This document shows positions 43,127 to 54,207 of a DNA stretch of 64,000 nucleotides, piece after piece. Under the pieces are notes generated by a model that worked only from the letters and a program-made list of their open reading frames with translations, was not told where the DNA came from and did not search any database. How positions within the stretch are numbered: the first letter of the stretch is position 1; each line of letters begins with the position of its first letter. Made by a program: the position numbers and the translations under genes. This DNA is from Clostridia bacterium (GTDB lineage Bacteria; Bacillota; Clostridia; Christensenellales; UBA1242), in assembly GCA_041663585.1 (NCBI GenBank), contig JBAYMN010000003.1:2438-66437 (forward strand), in the 5' to 3' direction.

Positions 43127-44995
43127 TTATTTGTTACTATCACTATCCCCACCATCAGTTTTGTAATCATCTTTTCCTAAGTTAACATCTTCTCCATTGG
43201 TTTGCTGACTGTTATCACTGGCGTTTTGTTCCGGGTGCTCTTTTTGATATTCAGCACCAGCAGTTTGATACATTTTTGTAAATACATCATTAGACACTTT
43301 TTGAAGTTCATCAAGTGAAGATTTAATTACATTAATGTCATCGGATTCAAAATCCTTTTTAGATTTTTCAATTTGTTCGGTAAGTTTATTTTTGTCTTCC
43401 GCGGATAATTTATCGCCATTTTCTTTAAGCATTTTTTCTAGCGTGTAAACCATTTGATCAGCACTATTTTTTGTATCTACAAATTCACGGCGTTTTTTAT
43501 CTTCTTCGGCATTTGCCTCTGCCTCTTTAATTGCTTTATCAATTTCTTTATCATCTAAATTTGAAGAAGATGTTATGGTAATACTTTGAGATTTATTTGT
43601 TCCAAGGTCCTTTGCTGATACATGAACAATGCCATTAGCATCAATATCAAATGTAACTTCAATTTGTGGAATACCACGTGGTGCAGGTGGAATACCAACT
43701 AAACTAAATCTGCCAAGGGTTTTATTGTATGAAGCAAATTCGCGTTCGCCTTGTAATACATGAATATCAACCCCAGATTGGTTATCACTTGCAGTGGAGA
43801 ATATTTGTGATTTTTTTGCTGGTATTGTGGTATTGCGATTAATTAATTTTGTAAATACTCCGCCCATTGTTTCAATACCTAACGATAGCGGAGTTACATC
43901 TAGTAAAAGAACATCTTTAACTTCGCCAACAAGGACACCGGCTTGAATTGCGGCACCAATTGCAACACATTCATCTGGGTTAATTCCTTTAAATGGATCT
44001 TTGCCCATATATTTTTTAACTGCTTCATAAACTGCCGGAATACGAGTAGAACCGCCAACAAGTACAACTTTATCAATTTGACTTGTTGATAATCCTGCAT
44101 CTTTAAGTGCATTAGTTAAATATTTTAAACTTTTGTCAATAAAATCTGAAATTAAATTTTCAAATTTTGCTCTTGTTAAGTCATATTCAAGGTGTTTTGC
44201 ACCACTTGCATTTGCTGTAATAAAAGGTAAACTAATTGTAGTTTTTACAACACTTGATAGTTCAATTTTGGCTTTCTCAGATGCTTCTTTTAGTCTTTGC
44301 ATTGCACTTTTATCTTCTCTAAGTGAAATTCCGTATTTTGCTTTAAAATCATCAGCCAAAAGGTTCATAATGCGTAAGTCAAAATCATCACCACCAAGTA
44401 ATGTATCGCCATTTGTAGCCAATACTTCAAATACTCCATCACCAATTTCAAGCACAGACACATCAAATGTACCGCCACCTAAATCGTATACTAATATTTT
44501 TTGGTTTTTATTTTCGGCTTTATCAAGACCATAAGCAAGTGCTGCCGCTGTTGGTTCATTTATAATTCTTAACACTTCAAGTCCTGCAATTTTGCCGGCA
44601 TCTTTGGTAGCCTGTCTTTGTGAGTCCGAAAAATATGCGGGAACAGTAATAACTGCTTGCGTTACTTTTTCACCTAAATAACTTTCTGCATCTAATTTTA
44701 ATTTATTAAGTATCATTGCAGAAATTTCGGGCGGAGTATAAGATTTACCTTGTGCAGTAACCTTTTTATCTGAACCCATTATTCTTTTAATTGAAGTGAC
44801 AGTGTTTTCGGGGTTAGCGACAGCCTGTCTTTTTGCGACCTGTCCCACCAATCTTTCGCCATCTTTACTAAAACCAACTACCGAAGGTGTAGTTCTTGCC
44901 CCATCTGAATTTGGTATAACTGTTGGATTTCCTCCTTCCATAATGGCAACACATGAATTTGTAGTGCCTAAATCAATTCCTATTACTTTACTCAT
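43127..44995 (-). CDS. dnaK: Chaperone DnaK
   Basis: [23 protein letters not shown]. Confidence 0.99.
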   Translation of the reverse strand: MSKVIGIDLGTTNSCVAIMEGGNPTVIPNSDGARTTPSVVGFSKDGERLVGQVAKRQAVANPENTVTSIKRIMGSDKKVTAQGKSYTPPEISAMILNKLKLDAESYLGEKVTQAVITVPAYFSDSQRQATKDAGKIAGLEVLRIINEPTAAALAYGLDKAENKNQKILVYDLGGGTFDVSVLEIGDGVFEVLATNGDTLLGGDDFDLRIMNLLADDFKAKYGISLREDKSAMQRLKEASEKAKIELSSVVKTTISLPFITANASGAKHLEYDLTRAKFENLISDFIDKSLKYLTNALKDAGLSTSQIDKVVLVGGSTRIPAVYEAVKKYMGKDPFKGINPDECVAIGAAIQAGVLVGEVKDVLLLDVTPLSLGIETMGGVFTKLINRNTTIPAKKSQIFSTASDNQSGVDIHVLQGEREFASYNKTLGRFSLVGIPPAPRGIPQIEVTFDIDANGIVHVSAKDLGTNKSQSITITSSSNLDDKEIDKAIKEAEANAEEDKKRREFVDTKNSADQMVYTLEKMLKENGDKLSAEDKNKLTEQIEKSKKDFESDDINVIKSSLDELQKVSNDVFTKMYQTAGAEYQKEHPEQNASDNSQQTNGEDVNLGKDDYKTDGGDSDSNK

Positions 44996-45068
44996 TTTTT
45001 AATCTCCTTTTTTCTGAGTTTTATTTTTATATAAATAATTTCATTTTTGTATGAAAATTATTAGTTAA

Positions 45069-45662
45069 TTATTTTACCACTTTGACCATACTAAATCGAA
45101 TTATGCGGCCATTAAAGATATAACCTTTTTGATATTCTTCAACAATTGTTCCGCTTTTTTGTTTGTCATCTTCGGTGTTAGCAATTGCATTATGAAATTT
45201 CGGGTCAAATGCAAGTCCAGTTGAAGAATCAATAACTTTAACTCCCAAATTTTCTAAGTTTGACAACATTTGTTTTTTAATAAGATCTAATCCCTTTAAA
45301 CTTGACTCATCATCAACTAGTGTATTGGCTCTATCAAGAGCATCTATTGCAGGTAAAAATTTTTCTACTGCTAAAATAATCCCTTCTTCGCGCTCTTTAA
45401 TTGCTATTTCTACATTTCGTTTTTTATAATTTTCTAAATCTGCACCATAACGCTTTGCCAAGTTTAAATATTCATCACTCTTCTGCTTTTCGTTTAAATA
45501 TAAAATTTTGTAATTTTTGTTATCTTCGCAAGTGCAGTTTTCATCACATTCACAAGTGTCATCGCAAGTGCAATTTTCTTGTTCACAAGAACAATTTTCA
45601 CCGCAAGTGCAATCATTTTCATTTTTTTGCATAGTATCTTTTTCTTTTTTCTTATTTGTCAT
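45069..45662 (-). CDS. grpE: Nucleotide exchange factor GrpE with a Cys-rich N-terminal insert
   Basis: ADLENYKKR, FDPKFHNA, GYIFNGRIIRFSMVKV; start 45662 with GGAGG RBS. Confidence 0.95.
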   Translation of the reverse strand: MTNKKKEKDTMQKNENDCTCGENCSCEQENCTCDDTCECDENCTCEDNKNYKILYLNEKQKSDEYLNLAKRYGADLENYKKRNVEIAIKEREEGIILAVEKFLPAIDALDRANTLVDDESSLKGLDLIKKQMLSNLENLGVKVIDSSTGLAFDPKFHNAIANTEDDKQKSGTIVEEYQKGYIFNGRIIRFSMVKVVK

Positions 45663-45710
45663 AATTCCTCCGCATTTATTTTTTATAAACATAATTTAAT
45701 TATTAAATTA

Positions 45711-46760
45711 CTATTTACCTGTTGTTTTTTTATCCATTTTTTTAAGTTCGTCTACCACAAATTTTAATGCTGCGGCCGCCAAACCATAATCCATTCTTTG
45801 TGGTCCTATAACACCAATTGAGGCAATTTGCTCATTTCCCATAAGATAATTAGCCTTTACTAGTGAACAGCCTGCAAACTCTTGATTATCAATTTCTGAG
45901 CCAATAACATAACTAATTTCTTGATCACTTTCGGTATTTAGCATATTTTCTATTGCGGTTTTATCTTCCAAAAATTCTAATAAGTGTTTTGCCTTATCTA
46001 TGTCGTTATATTCGGGATTACTTAATAACTTACTCGCTCCGCCCTCAGAAAATATTGCTCTACTATCTACCGAGTCGGCATATTTAAGTAGTGAATTTAA
46101 AAGGTTGTTGAAAATAATTTGATAATGCTTAATTTCGCGTTCCATTGCATCTTCATAATTATTAATATTGTTAATTAAATCCAGTATAGTTTTACTAATA
46201 AACTTCCGAGTTAAATAATATGAAGCATCAATGCAGTTTTGTTCGGTTACTGGACTTTTTAACTCGATTGTATTATTTATTATTCCTGTATTTGTTTCTA
46301 TAAGCACAAGCGCCGAACCGTTTATTAAGGGTATAATTTTAATACTATTAATTAAAAGTTTATCAAATCCGCTTACCATAACAACCGTTGGATAATTTGT
46401 AGCACGACTTACTACTTTTGCAATATCGCGTATGATTTCCGATAAATATGCGGTGCGGTTGTTAAACACACTTTTTATATCGGCAAGCGTTTCTTTATTA
46501 AAAGAACTTTTTGGCATAATCGAATTTACAAAATATCGATATGCCTTTTCAGTGGGAATGCGTCCGCCCGAAGTATGCACTTGTTTTAAATAGCCCATAC
46601 TTTCTAGCGTAGAAAGTTCGTTTCGCAAAGTCGCAGTGCTGATTGACTGTAAAAACTTTTTTTGTATACCACCGCTTGTAATTGGTACGGCACATTTAAT
46701 ATAATCTTCTATTGCACCGCAAAGAATTTCTTGTTTGCGTTTACTAAGTTCTTCTATCAA
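45711..46760 (-). CDS. hrcA: Heat-inducible transcription repressor
   Basis: STATLRNEL, HTSGGRIPT, GVIGPQRMDY. Confidence 0.96.
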   Translation of the reverse strand: MIEELSKRKQEILCGAIEDYIKCAVPITSGGIQKKFLQSISTATLRNELSTLESMGYLKQVHTSGGRIPTEKAYRYFVNSIMPKSSFNKETLADIKSVFNNRTAYLSEIIRDIAKVVSRATNYPTVVMVSGFDKLLINSIKIIPLINGSALVLIETNTGIINNTIELKSPVTEQNCIDASYYLTRKFISKTILDLINNINNYEDAMEREIKHYQIIFNNLLNSLLKYADSVDSRAIFSEGGASKLLSNPEYNDIDKAKHLLEFLEDKTAIENMLNTESDQEISYVIGSEIDNQEFAGCSLVKANYLMGNEQIASIGVIGPQRMDYGLAAAALKFVVDELKKMDKKTTGK

Positions 46761-46774
46761 TTCGTGCCTCCTTT

Positions 46775-46824
46775 TTAGCAGTCAAAATATTCAAGTGTTA
46801 GCAGTCAGTTAATTAGAGTGCTAA
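46775..46824. promoter_or_regulatory. Tandem CIRCE operators
   Basis: 46798-46824 TTAGCAGTC-N9-GAGTGCTAA (1 mismatch to consensus) and an overlapping degenerate 46775-46801 TTAGCAGTC-N9-AAGTGTTAG. Confidence 0.9.
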
Positions 46825-46828
46825 CACA

Positions 46829-46857
46829 ATTCTATTTATTTATATCCTAATTGTCAA
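46829..46857 (-). promoter_or_regulatory. SigmaA promoter of the hrcA-dnaK operon
   Basis: TTGACA-17nt-TAGAAT immediately upstream of CIRCE. Confidence 0.85.
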
Positions 46858-46924
46858 CTATTTATGCCACAATTTTTATAATATTTTTTACTAACAAATA
46901 AAAAACTGTTGTTAGCGTAAATTT

Positions 46925-48232
46925 TTATATATTATGATTGTTTTTATATTCCTTAATTTGATTTAAAGCATAATTTGCCTGCAATTCTTTATTTTTTATT
47001 TTATCTTTTCCTATTAATTCTATTTCTTTAATTATGCCCCAGTTAGCATTCATAGGTTGAAAGTATTTATAGTCAGCGTGAGTTAAATAATTACTTAATG
47101 CCCCAATGCAAGTCGTACTAGGAAAAGCAATAAGATTTTCATTATTCAAATATTTTAACATATTTATTGCTGATACTAATCCGCTAGATACACTTTCTAT
47201 ATAGCCTTCTACACCACTAAGTTGCCCTGTAATAAAAATGTTAGGAAATGCTTTAACTTGGTAATGTTCGTTTAAAACAATGGGCGCATTTATAAAAATG
47301 TTTTTGTGCATTACACCATACTTAATAAATTCGGCATTATGAAGTGCTGGTATCATAGAAAACACTCTTGATTGTTCGCTATATAATAAGTTGGTTTGAA
47401 ATCCAACTAAATTGTACATTGTATTTTCTACATTTTCGCTTCTTAATTGAAGTACCGCATAAGATGCTTTGCCAGTTTTAGGGTCTTTTAAACCTACGGG
47501 TTTTAACGGTCCAAATAATAATGATTTAAATCCGCGTTTTGCCATAACCTCAACGGGCATACAACCTTCAAAAACTTTTTCATCTTCAAATTCTTTTAGT
47601 ATAACACGCTTAGCATTTACTAATTCATTATAAAATGCTTCATATTGTTCTTTATTCATAGGGCAGTTTAAATAATCCGCCTCGCCTTTATCATAGCGAG
47701 ATGCAAAGTATGCAAAATCCATATCTATACTTGCTCTATTTACAATAGGTGCAGAAGCATCAAAAAAATGTAAATAATCTTGTCCGATTTTTATTGCAAT
47801 ATTATTTGAAAGTTTTTCTGTTGTTAAAGGACCTGTGCAAATAATAGTAGGCTTACTTGTATCAATATCAGTTATTTCTTTACATATTATTTCTATATTT
47901 GACTGACTCTTAATTTTATTTGTAATATACTCAGCAAAATCATCACGGTTAACTGAAAGTGCGTTTCCAGATGGTACTTTTGTATAGTCTGCTGATTCCA
48001 TAATAAGCGAATTTAACTCTCTTAATTCCTGTTTTAATAATCCCGCTGCATTAGAAATTTGCAAGTTTTTAAGCGAATTACTACAAACAAGTTCTGCAAA
48101 ATTAATATTAGAATGAGCCACGGTAAACTTTTGCGGTTTAATATCATATAATTTTACTTTTATATTGCGTTTTGCTAAATAATAGCCCGCTTCACAACCT
48201 GCAAGCCCAGCACCTATTATATTAACTTCCAT
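46925..48232 (-). CDS. trmFO: Folate/FAD-dependent tRNA m5U54 methyltransferase
   Basis: IIGAGLAGCEA, ELVCSNSL, FEGCMP, GFQT, GQLSGVEGY. Confidence 0.96.
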   Translation of the reverse strand: MEVNIIGAGLAGCEAGYYLAKRNIKVKLYDIKPQKFTVAHSNINFAELVCSNSLKNLQISNAAGLLKQELRELNSLIMESADYTKVPSGNALSVNRDDFAEYITNKIKSQSNIEIICKEITDIDTSKPTIICTGPLTTEKLSNNIAIKIGQDYLHFFDASAPIVNRASIDMDFAYFASRYDKGEADYLNCPMNKEQYEAFYNELVNAKRVILKEFEDEKVFEGCMPVEVMAKRGFKSLLFGPLKPVGLKDPKTGKASYAVLQLRSENVENTMYNLVGFQTNLLYSEQSRVFSMIPALHNAEFIKYGVMHKNIFINAPIVLNEHYQVKAFPNIFITGQLSGVEGYIESVSSGLVSAINMLKYLNNENLIAFPSTTCIGALSNYLTHADYKYFQPMNANWGIIKEIELIGKDKIKNKELQANYALNQIKEYKNNHNI

Positions 48233-50334
48233 TATTCAGTTTCCTTCTCGGGCTTTTTATACTCTATATGCTTTGTATATTTACAATCGCCATTAGAACA
48301 AGCCACAAATAATGCACCATCTTTACTATGCTTTTCTACTAAATAAGAACCACAATCTGGGCATTTTTCTGTAATAGGTCTATCCCACGAAATATATTTG
48401 CATTCTGGATAACCCGAACAAGCATAAAATGTTTTACCCGCTTTTGATGTGCGTTTATAAACATCTTTTCCGCATTGTGGGCAAACAGCACAAGGTTTAT
48501 TAAATGGTTTTGTATTTTTGCATGTAGGAAAATTAGGACAAGCAAGGAATTTGCCATACTGCCCTTCTCTAATAACCATTCTTGCTCCGCATTTTTCACA
48601 AATTACATCAGACTCTTCGACGGCCATTTTTACTTTTTCGCGGTCTAAATCTGCTTTTTTTAAATTTTCGGCGAAATTATTATAAAATCTACCTATTAGG
48701 TTTTGCCATTCAATATTACCTTCTTCTATTTTATCAAGTTCATCTTCCATTTTGGCGGTAAATGTAACATTAATAATGTTATTAAAATGCTTTGTCAACC
48801 AATCGGATACTGTCATTCCAAGTTCGGTAGGAATAAGAATTTTGCCTTGTTTTTCGGTATAACCGCGAGAATCAAGTACTAAAATTGTAGGCGTATATGT
48901 TGCAGGTCGTCCTATGCCTTTTTCTTCCATAACTTTTATCAGTCCAGCTTCAGAATATCTTGGCGGGGCTTTTGTAAATTTTTGCTCAGAAATAATTTCA
49001 TTTAATCTAAGTATTTCATCTTCGTTAAGAACTGGAAGTTTTTTATTTTCATCTTTTTCTTCACCATCTTTGGTTTCTTCAATATAACTGTAAGCCGCTG
49101 TAAAACCAGTAAAAACAAGTGTTCTTCCTGTAACTTTAAAATCATATTTATTAGCATTAATATCTACTGCCACTGAGTTATAGGTTGCTTCTGACATTTG
49201 ACAAGCAATAAAACGGTCATAAATTAACTTGTAAAGTTTATAATTTTCTATACTCAAATATTGTTTTACAGATTCAGGAGTATGCGCTAAACTAATAGGT
49301 CTAATTGCCTCGTGAGCATCTTGTGCAGATTGCTTTGAGGCGTAAAAATTAGGCTTTTCCGGCAAATAATTGTTACCGTATTTATTAGAAATATATTCTC
49401 GCGCCATTTTTATAGCATCTTCGGATATACGAGTGGAATCTGTTCTTATATATGTTACTAATGCGGTTTTACCTTCGGGTAAATCAACGCCTTCATATAA
49501 ATTTTGTGCGCTCTGAGAAGTTTTTTTAAGTGAGAGCCCTATTTTGTTTAATGCATCTTGTTGTAATGTGCTGGTAATATAAGGCGCAGGTGCGTGCATT
49601 TTAGTAACGCTTTTTTTAACTTTTGTTACAGTAAAAGTTGCATTTTTAACTTCACTTGTTATTTTATCGGCTTGCTCTTTATTTTCTATTTTTGTATTCT
49701 TACCAGTGACAAGTTGTGCTTTAAAAGTACCCGTTTGTCCCTCTTTACTAAGTAGTGCATTAATATTCCAATATTCTTCTGGTTTAAATCCCGCAATTTC
49801 TAGTTCTCGTTCAACCAAAATTTTAAGTGCAACGGATTGTACTCTACCGGCACTTAAACGCGGTTTAATTTTTTTAGAAATAACCGGCGAAAGTTTGTAA
49901 CCAACTATTCTATCAAGCACGCGGCGGGCTTGCTGTGCGTTAACTAAATTTTGATTAATAATTCTAGGTTCAAGCATTGCTTTTTGTATTGCTTGCTTAG
50001 AAATTTCGTTAAATTCTATACGGCATTTGTCTTCTGGCTTAAAATTAAGTATATGTGCTAAATGCCACGATATTGCCTCACCTTCTCTATCAGGGTCGGT
50101 TGCTAAATATATTTGTTCGGCTTTTTGTGCCTTTGCTTTTAAATCTGTGATTATGCTTTTTTTATCTAGCATAATAGTATATTCGGGTTCAAAATTATTT
50201 TTTATATCAACACCAAAAGTTTTTTCGGGTAAATCTCTTACATGTCCTTTGGTTGCAAACACTTCATAGCCCGTCCCTAAATACTTTTTGATTGTGTCTA
50301 CTTTTCCTACGCCCTCAATAATAACTAAATTCAT
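48232..50334 (-). CDS. topA: DNA topoisomerase I
   Basis: TOPRIM ATDPDREGE, GRVQS, TYIRTDS, C-terminal zinc ribbons. Confidence 0.97.
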   Translation of the reverse strand: MNLVIIEGVGKVDTIKKYLGTGYEVFATKGHVRDLPEKTFGVDIKNNFEPEYTIMLDKKSIITDLKAKAQKAEQIYLATDPDREGEAISWHLAHILNFKPEDKCRIEFNEISKQAIQKAMLEPRIINQNLVNAQQARRVLDRIVGYKLSPVISKKIKPRLSAGRVQSVALKILVERELEIAGFKPEEYWNINALLSKEGQTGTFKAQLVTGKNTKIENKEQADKITSEVKNATFTVTKVKKSVTKMHAPAPYITSTLQQDALNKIGLSLKKTSQSAQNLYEGVDLPEGKTALVTYIRTDSTRISEDAIKMAREYISNKYGNNYLPEKPNFYASKQSAQDAHEAIRPISLAHTPESVKQYLSIENYKLYKLIYDRFIACQMSEATYNSVAVDINANKYDFKVTGRTLVFTGFTAAYSYIEETKDGEEKDENKKLPVLNEDEILRLNEIISEQKFTKAPPRYSEAGLIKVMEEKGIGRPATYTPTILVLDSRGYTEKQGKILIPTELGMTVSDWLTKHFNNIINVTFTAKMEDELDKIEEGNIEWQNLIGRFYNNFAENLKKADLDREKVKMAVEESDVICEKCGARMVIREGQYGKFLACPNFPTCKNTKPFNKPCAVCPQCGKDVYKRTSKAGKTFYACSGYPECKYISWDRPITEKCPDCGSYLVEKHSKDGALFVACSNGDCKYTKHIEYKKPEKETE

Positions 50335-50369
50335 TCTCTACTCCGTAAATTTTATTTGCCATTTTCAAA

Positions 50370-51455
50370 TTATTTTGCAAAAATATTTCCTTGCAACTTT
50401 TTAATTATTCCACGAATTTGCATAGTTGTCAACAAAGTATTAAGTTTTTTCGCTTCAAGCCCCGATTTATTTAAGAGTTCTTCGTAAGCCACTTCATCTT
50501 CGCCAATTATGTTTAGCACGATTTGTTCCATAAAATTTAACTGCATTATTTGCTCGGGTTTTAATTCTTTTTTTTGCTTTCCGTATAAGTTTAAAATATC
50601 ATCTGGGCTTGTTACAATGCTGGCTTGCAAAGTTTTTATAATACGATTAGTGCCTTTACTTGCACTGCTAAAAATGTTACCCGGTATAACAAAAATATCG
50701 CGTCCATATTCGTTTGCATACTCTTTTGTATGTAATGCCCCACTTGTTTCGCCCGCCTCTGTAATTAGCACGCCCTTACTTAGACCCGCAATAATTCGGT
50801 TGCGAAGTGGAAAGGTATAATTTGTGGGTTTTTCATTAGGAAGATATTCGCTTATTACTAGTCCTTTTTCAAAAATACGGTTTGCAAGTTGCGTGTTTAA
50901 AGCAGGATAAATTTCATTTAATCCACCACCTAATACAGCAATGGTTTTTCCATTTGCTGTAAGTGTGGTTTCGTGTGCAATCTCATCAATACCTAATGCA
51001 AGACCGCTTACAATAGTAAAGCCCGCGTGCGATAGTTCGTTTGCGAATAATGTAGTCGCTTCCCTGCCATAACGAGTACATTTACGAGTACCAACAATGG
51101 CAATGCATTCACTGTTAAGTAAATTTATGTCGCCTTTACAATATAATACATTTGGGGGCGAATCTGTGTTTTTCAATAAACTTGGGTATTCTTTGCTTAA
51201 AATAGTAACAGCAATAATTCCGTTTCGCTCTAATCCGGTAATATGCACTTTTAAATAACTATCTTCTAGTGCATAACTAATTTTATCATAAGTTTCCGCA
51301 CCAACAATTTCTGTTATTTTTGAACGATAATTATTAAAATTGATTTTTAGATCTTTTGGAGAACTAAAAAACGCCAATAAACTATTCTGTTTTTTTAAGC
51401 TTAATCCAAATGTATTTAGCCATATTAATGCTTTATCTTGCTCTGAATAAACCAT
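50370..51455 (-). CDS. dprA: DNA processing protein DprA
   Basis: AIVGTR, SGLALGID, FPLRNRIIAGLS, VIPGNI, C-terminal wHTH. Confidence 0.96.
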   Translation of the reverse strand: MVYSEQDKALIWLNTFGLSLKKQNSLLAFFSSPKDLKINFNNYRSKITEIVGAETYDKISYALEDSYLKVHITGLERNGIIAVTILSKEYPSLLKNTDSPPNVLYCKGDINLLNSECIAIVGTRKCTRYGREATTLFANELSHAGFTIVSGLALGIDEIAHETTLTANGKTIAVLGGGLNEIYPALNTQLANRIFEKGLVISEYLPNEKPTNYTFPLRNRIIAGLSKGVLITEAGETSGALHTKEYANEYGRDIFVIPGNIFSSASKGTNRIIKTLQASIVTSPDDILNLYGKQKKELKPEQIMQLNFMEQIVLNIIGEDEVAYEELLNKSGLEAKKLNTLLTTMQIRGIIKKLQGNIFAK

Positions 51456-51474
51456 ATTTTAATAATTAACTCCG

Positions 51475-53007
51475 TTAAATCCAATATTTTCTATCTAGCG
51501 AACGATATTGTATAGCCTCGGCAATGTGTTCCAGTTTAATATCTTGCGAATTTTCTAGATCAGCAATAGTACGAGCCACTTTTAAAATTCGGTTATGTGC
51601 TCTGGCACTTAACGACAGCCTACTAAATGCTCCTTTTAAAAGTTCTTCGGACTGGGCATCTAACTTACAATACTCTTTTATATGCTTTTCGGGCATTTTT
51701 GAATTACTGTATATTTTTGTACTTTTGTATCTTAATAATTGTATATCGCGAGCATTATCAACTCGTTGTTTAATAGAAAGTGAATTTTCGGCAAGCGTGC
51801 TATCAGTTAATTCATCATAAGATACATTATCAACTTCAACATGTAAATCTATTCTATCCATAAGCGGACCCGAAAGTTTGTTTAAATAGTTATGTATTTG
51901 TGAAGGACTGCATTTGCATTCTCTATCTTTACTGCCAAAATGTCCGCACGGACAAGGATTCATACTGGCGATTAAAGTAAAACAAGCTGGATATTCTACT
52001 GTTAAGGCTGCACGAGCCACCGTAATTACACCATCTTCTAGCGGTTGGCGTAAAGTTTCTATGGTATGCCTAGAATATTCTGGCATTTCGTCTAAAAATA
52101 ATACACCATTGTGAGCAAGACTGATTTCACCAGGTTTGCTATTTTTACCACCCCCTGTTAATGCCACGGTAGATGCGGTATGATGTGGCGAGCGGAACGG
52201 TCTTTCGGTTATTATACCATCGTTACTATCTAGCACACCAGCAATACTATGAATTTTGGTTACTTCTAACGCTTCTTCAAATGTCATATCGGGTAAAATA
52301 GAAGAAAAGCATCTTGCAAGCATAGTTTTGCCAGAACCGGGAGGACCAATCATAAGTACATTATGTCCACCTGCTGCGGCAATTTCTAACGCACGCTTGG
52401 CACTAGATTGCCCTTTAACGAGAGCAAAATCATTTGACTTGGAGCGACTGCTTTTAGCGTGTTCAAAGTTTAATGCTTTTACAGGTACACACTCTATACT
52501 TTTATTTAAAAAATGCACAACTTCTATTAAACTGTTTAGTGCATAAATTTCCATACCTTCTATGTAGCCCGCCTCATTAGCATTTGCACTTGGTATTATA
52601 ACCTTTTTATAGCCCATTTCGCGTGCGGCAATTAAAAGCGGTAACACGCCATTAATATGCTTAATTGCCCCATCAAGCGACAATTCGCCTAAAAATATAA
52701 TTTTTTCTAAATTTTGGTTTTTAATTTGCCCAGTTGCACTAAGCAGTGCAAGTGCAATAGGTAAATCGTAAATAGGACCTTCCTTTTTTGTATCGGCAGG
52801 CGCCATATTAACAATAATTTTAATCATAGGATAACTAAATCCGCTATTTTTTATTGCAGAATGCACACGTTCGCGTGATTCTTTAATTGAAGTATCAGGA
52901 AGCCCAACCATTTCAAACGATGGAAGTCCGTTATTAATATCAGCCTCAATTGTAAGCGCATAACCTTTAATGCCTGTAAGACCAAAACTTGAAATTTTTG
53001 ATAGCAT
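51475..53007 (-). CDS. comM: ComM / YifB Mg-chelatase-like AAA+ helicase
   Basis: GPPGSGKT, FRSPHHT, FLDE, LRQPLE, MNPCPCG, SARAH. Confidence 0.95.
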   Translation of the reverse strand: MLSKISSFGLTGIKGYALTIEADINNGLPSFEMVGLPDTSIKESRERVHSAIKNSGFSYPMIKIIVNMAPADTKKEGPIYDLPIALALLSATGQIKNQNLEKIIFLGELSLDGAIKHINGVLPLLIAAREMGYKKVIIPSANANEAGYIEGMEIYALNSLIEVVHFLNKSIECVPVKALNFEHAKSSRSKSNDFALVKGQSSAKRALEIAAAGGHNVLMIGPPGSGKTMLARCFSSILPDMTFEEALEVTKIHSIAGVLDSNDGIITERPFRSPHHTASTVALTGGGKNSKPGEISLAHNGVLFLDEMPEYSRHTIETLRQPLEDGVITVARAALTVEYPACFTLIASMNPCPCGHFGSKDRECKCSPSQIHNYLNKLSGPLMDRIDLHVEVDNVSYDELTDSTLAENSLSIKQRVDNARDIQLLRYKSTKIYSNSKMPEKHIKEYCKLDAQSEELLKGAFSRLSLSARAHNRILKVARTIADLENSQDIKLEHIAEAIQYRSLDRKYWI

Positions 53008-53145
53008 TTATAGTACTTCCTTGTTTTAATAAGGTCCGATAGTAAAACACAATGTGTAGTTTAAGTATAAGCCCAAATTACGTAAAATTGCAACTTAAAT
53101 TATATTTATTATACAAATTTATTTTTTAAAAATTATTTAATTATC

Positions 53146-53172
53146 AAAAAACCGGCTTAAAAGCCGGTTTTT
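53146..53172 (-). terminator. Terminator of rplS
   Basis: A-run CCGGCTT-aa-AAGCCGG T-run. Confidence 0.8.
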
Positions 53173-53177
53173 AAAAA

Positions 53178-53519
53178 TTAAATTTCAGTTTTGATTTTTG
53201 CGGCTTTTCCTGTCAATTCGCGAACATAGTAAAGTTTGGCACGCTTAACTAAGCCTTTTCTTACCACTTCTATGTGGTCAATACGTGGCGAATGAACTGG
53301 AAATATACGCTCAACACCTATACCATAGGATATTTTTCTAACAGTAAATGTTTCTCTAATACTGCCGTTTTTACGAGCAATAACAACGCCTTCAAAAACT
53401 TGAAGCCTTTCTTTGTCGCCTTCAACAACTTTTACAAATACTTTTACTGTGTCGCCAACATTGAAATTAGCAACATCTTTGCGTAAGCCTTCCTGCTCAA
53501 TAGTGTCTATAATATTCAT
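53178..53519 (-). CDS. rplS: 50S ribosomal protein L19
   Basis: FNVGDTVKV...[11 protein letters not shown]...RAKLYYVRE. Confidence 0.98.
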   Translation of the reverse strand: MNIIDTIEQEGLRKDVANFNVGDTVKVFVKVVEGDKERLQVFEGVVIARKNGSIRETFTVRKISYGIGVERIFPVHSPRIDHIEVVRKGLVKRAKLYYVRELTGKAAKIKTEI

Positions 53520-53542
53520 GACTCATACCTCCAATTTTATAA

Positions 53543-53607
53543 CCAGATGTTCATGTGGCGACTTAAAGCAAAATCTATAAGTGCAATAAAAAACAGCGGA
53601 CCATCCG
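53543..53607 (-). ncRNA. L19 ribosomal protein leader
   Basis: GATGGTCCGCTG ... ATGAACATC closing stem between the promoter TTGAAA-17-TATATT (53621-53649) and the rplS RBS; matches the recalled pattern of the Firmicutes L19 leader. Confidence 0.7.
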
Positions 53608-53738
53608 AAGTCATCGTATTAATATATCACATTAATATATTAATTTCAAGTCTTTTTTAAGTTTATATTTTATTATTCTCAACAATTTTTTAAAAAATAT
53701 AATTTGTGTTCAATATATAATTAACAGGGCTTTTTTTA

Positions 53739-54080
53739 CTAGTAAAATGCATTAATGATGTGGTTAGTTTCGCCATCAAATACTTCTATAACATCAAACC
53801 GAGCAGGACAATCTAATAAATTGTGATTTTTTAAATAATATTTTGCAAGATTTTTTAATTTTTGCTGTTTAAATCTTGTTACCGCTTCGCGTGGAAGACC
53901 ATATTTTTCGGTTAGTCTTGTTTTAACTTCTACAAAAACAATTACATTTTTATCATTGGCAATAATGTCAATCTCACCTATCGGGCAAACATAGTTTGTT
54001 GCAATTATCTTGTATTTTTTGGTTTTTAGTAGTTTCGCTGCTTGGCTCTCGCCGGAAAACCCCAGCACTTTATTATTCAT
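53739..54080 (-). CDS. yraN: YraN family nuclease
   Basis: LGFSGE...GEIDII...VFVEVKTR...RFDVIEV. Confidence 0.93.
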   Translation of the reverse strand: MNNKVLGFSGESQAAKLLKTKKYKIIATNYVCPIGEIDIIANDKNVIVFVEVKTRLTEKYGLPREAVTRFKQQKLKNLAKYYLKNHNLLDCPARFDVIEVFDGETNHIINAFY

Positions 54081-54113
54081 AATACTTTCCCCTATCTATA
54101 TGAAATTAAATGC

Positions 54114-54207
54114 TTAATTATTAATAAAATGTTTTATAAATATAGTTCTATGTATTTCACAAGCACCAAATTTTTTTAATAATTCAATATGCATTGCAGT
54201 GCCACAT
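54114..54207 (-). pseudogene. rnhB: Remnant of RNase HII (last 29 codons only)
   Basis: Frame from 54203 reads GTAMHIELLKKFGACEIHRTIFIKHFINN*, matching the RNase HII C-terminal (GY)GTxxH...G.c.iHR.sF motif, at the usual rbgA-rnhB-yraN position. Confidence 0.85.

Noticed and set aside
45528-45614. Short repeats as a CRISPR array
   Set aside because: In-frame coding repeats inside grpE; no regular repeat-spacer period and no cas genes. No CRISPR array was seen anywhere in the window.
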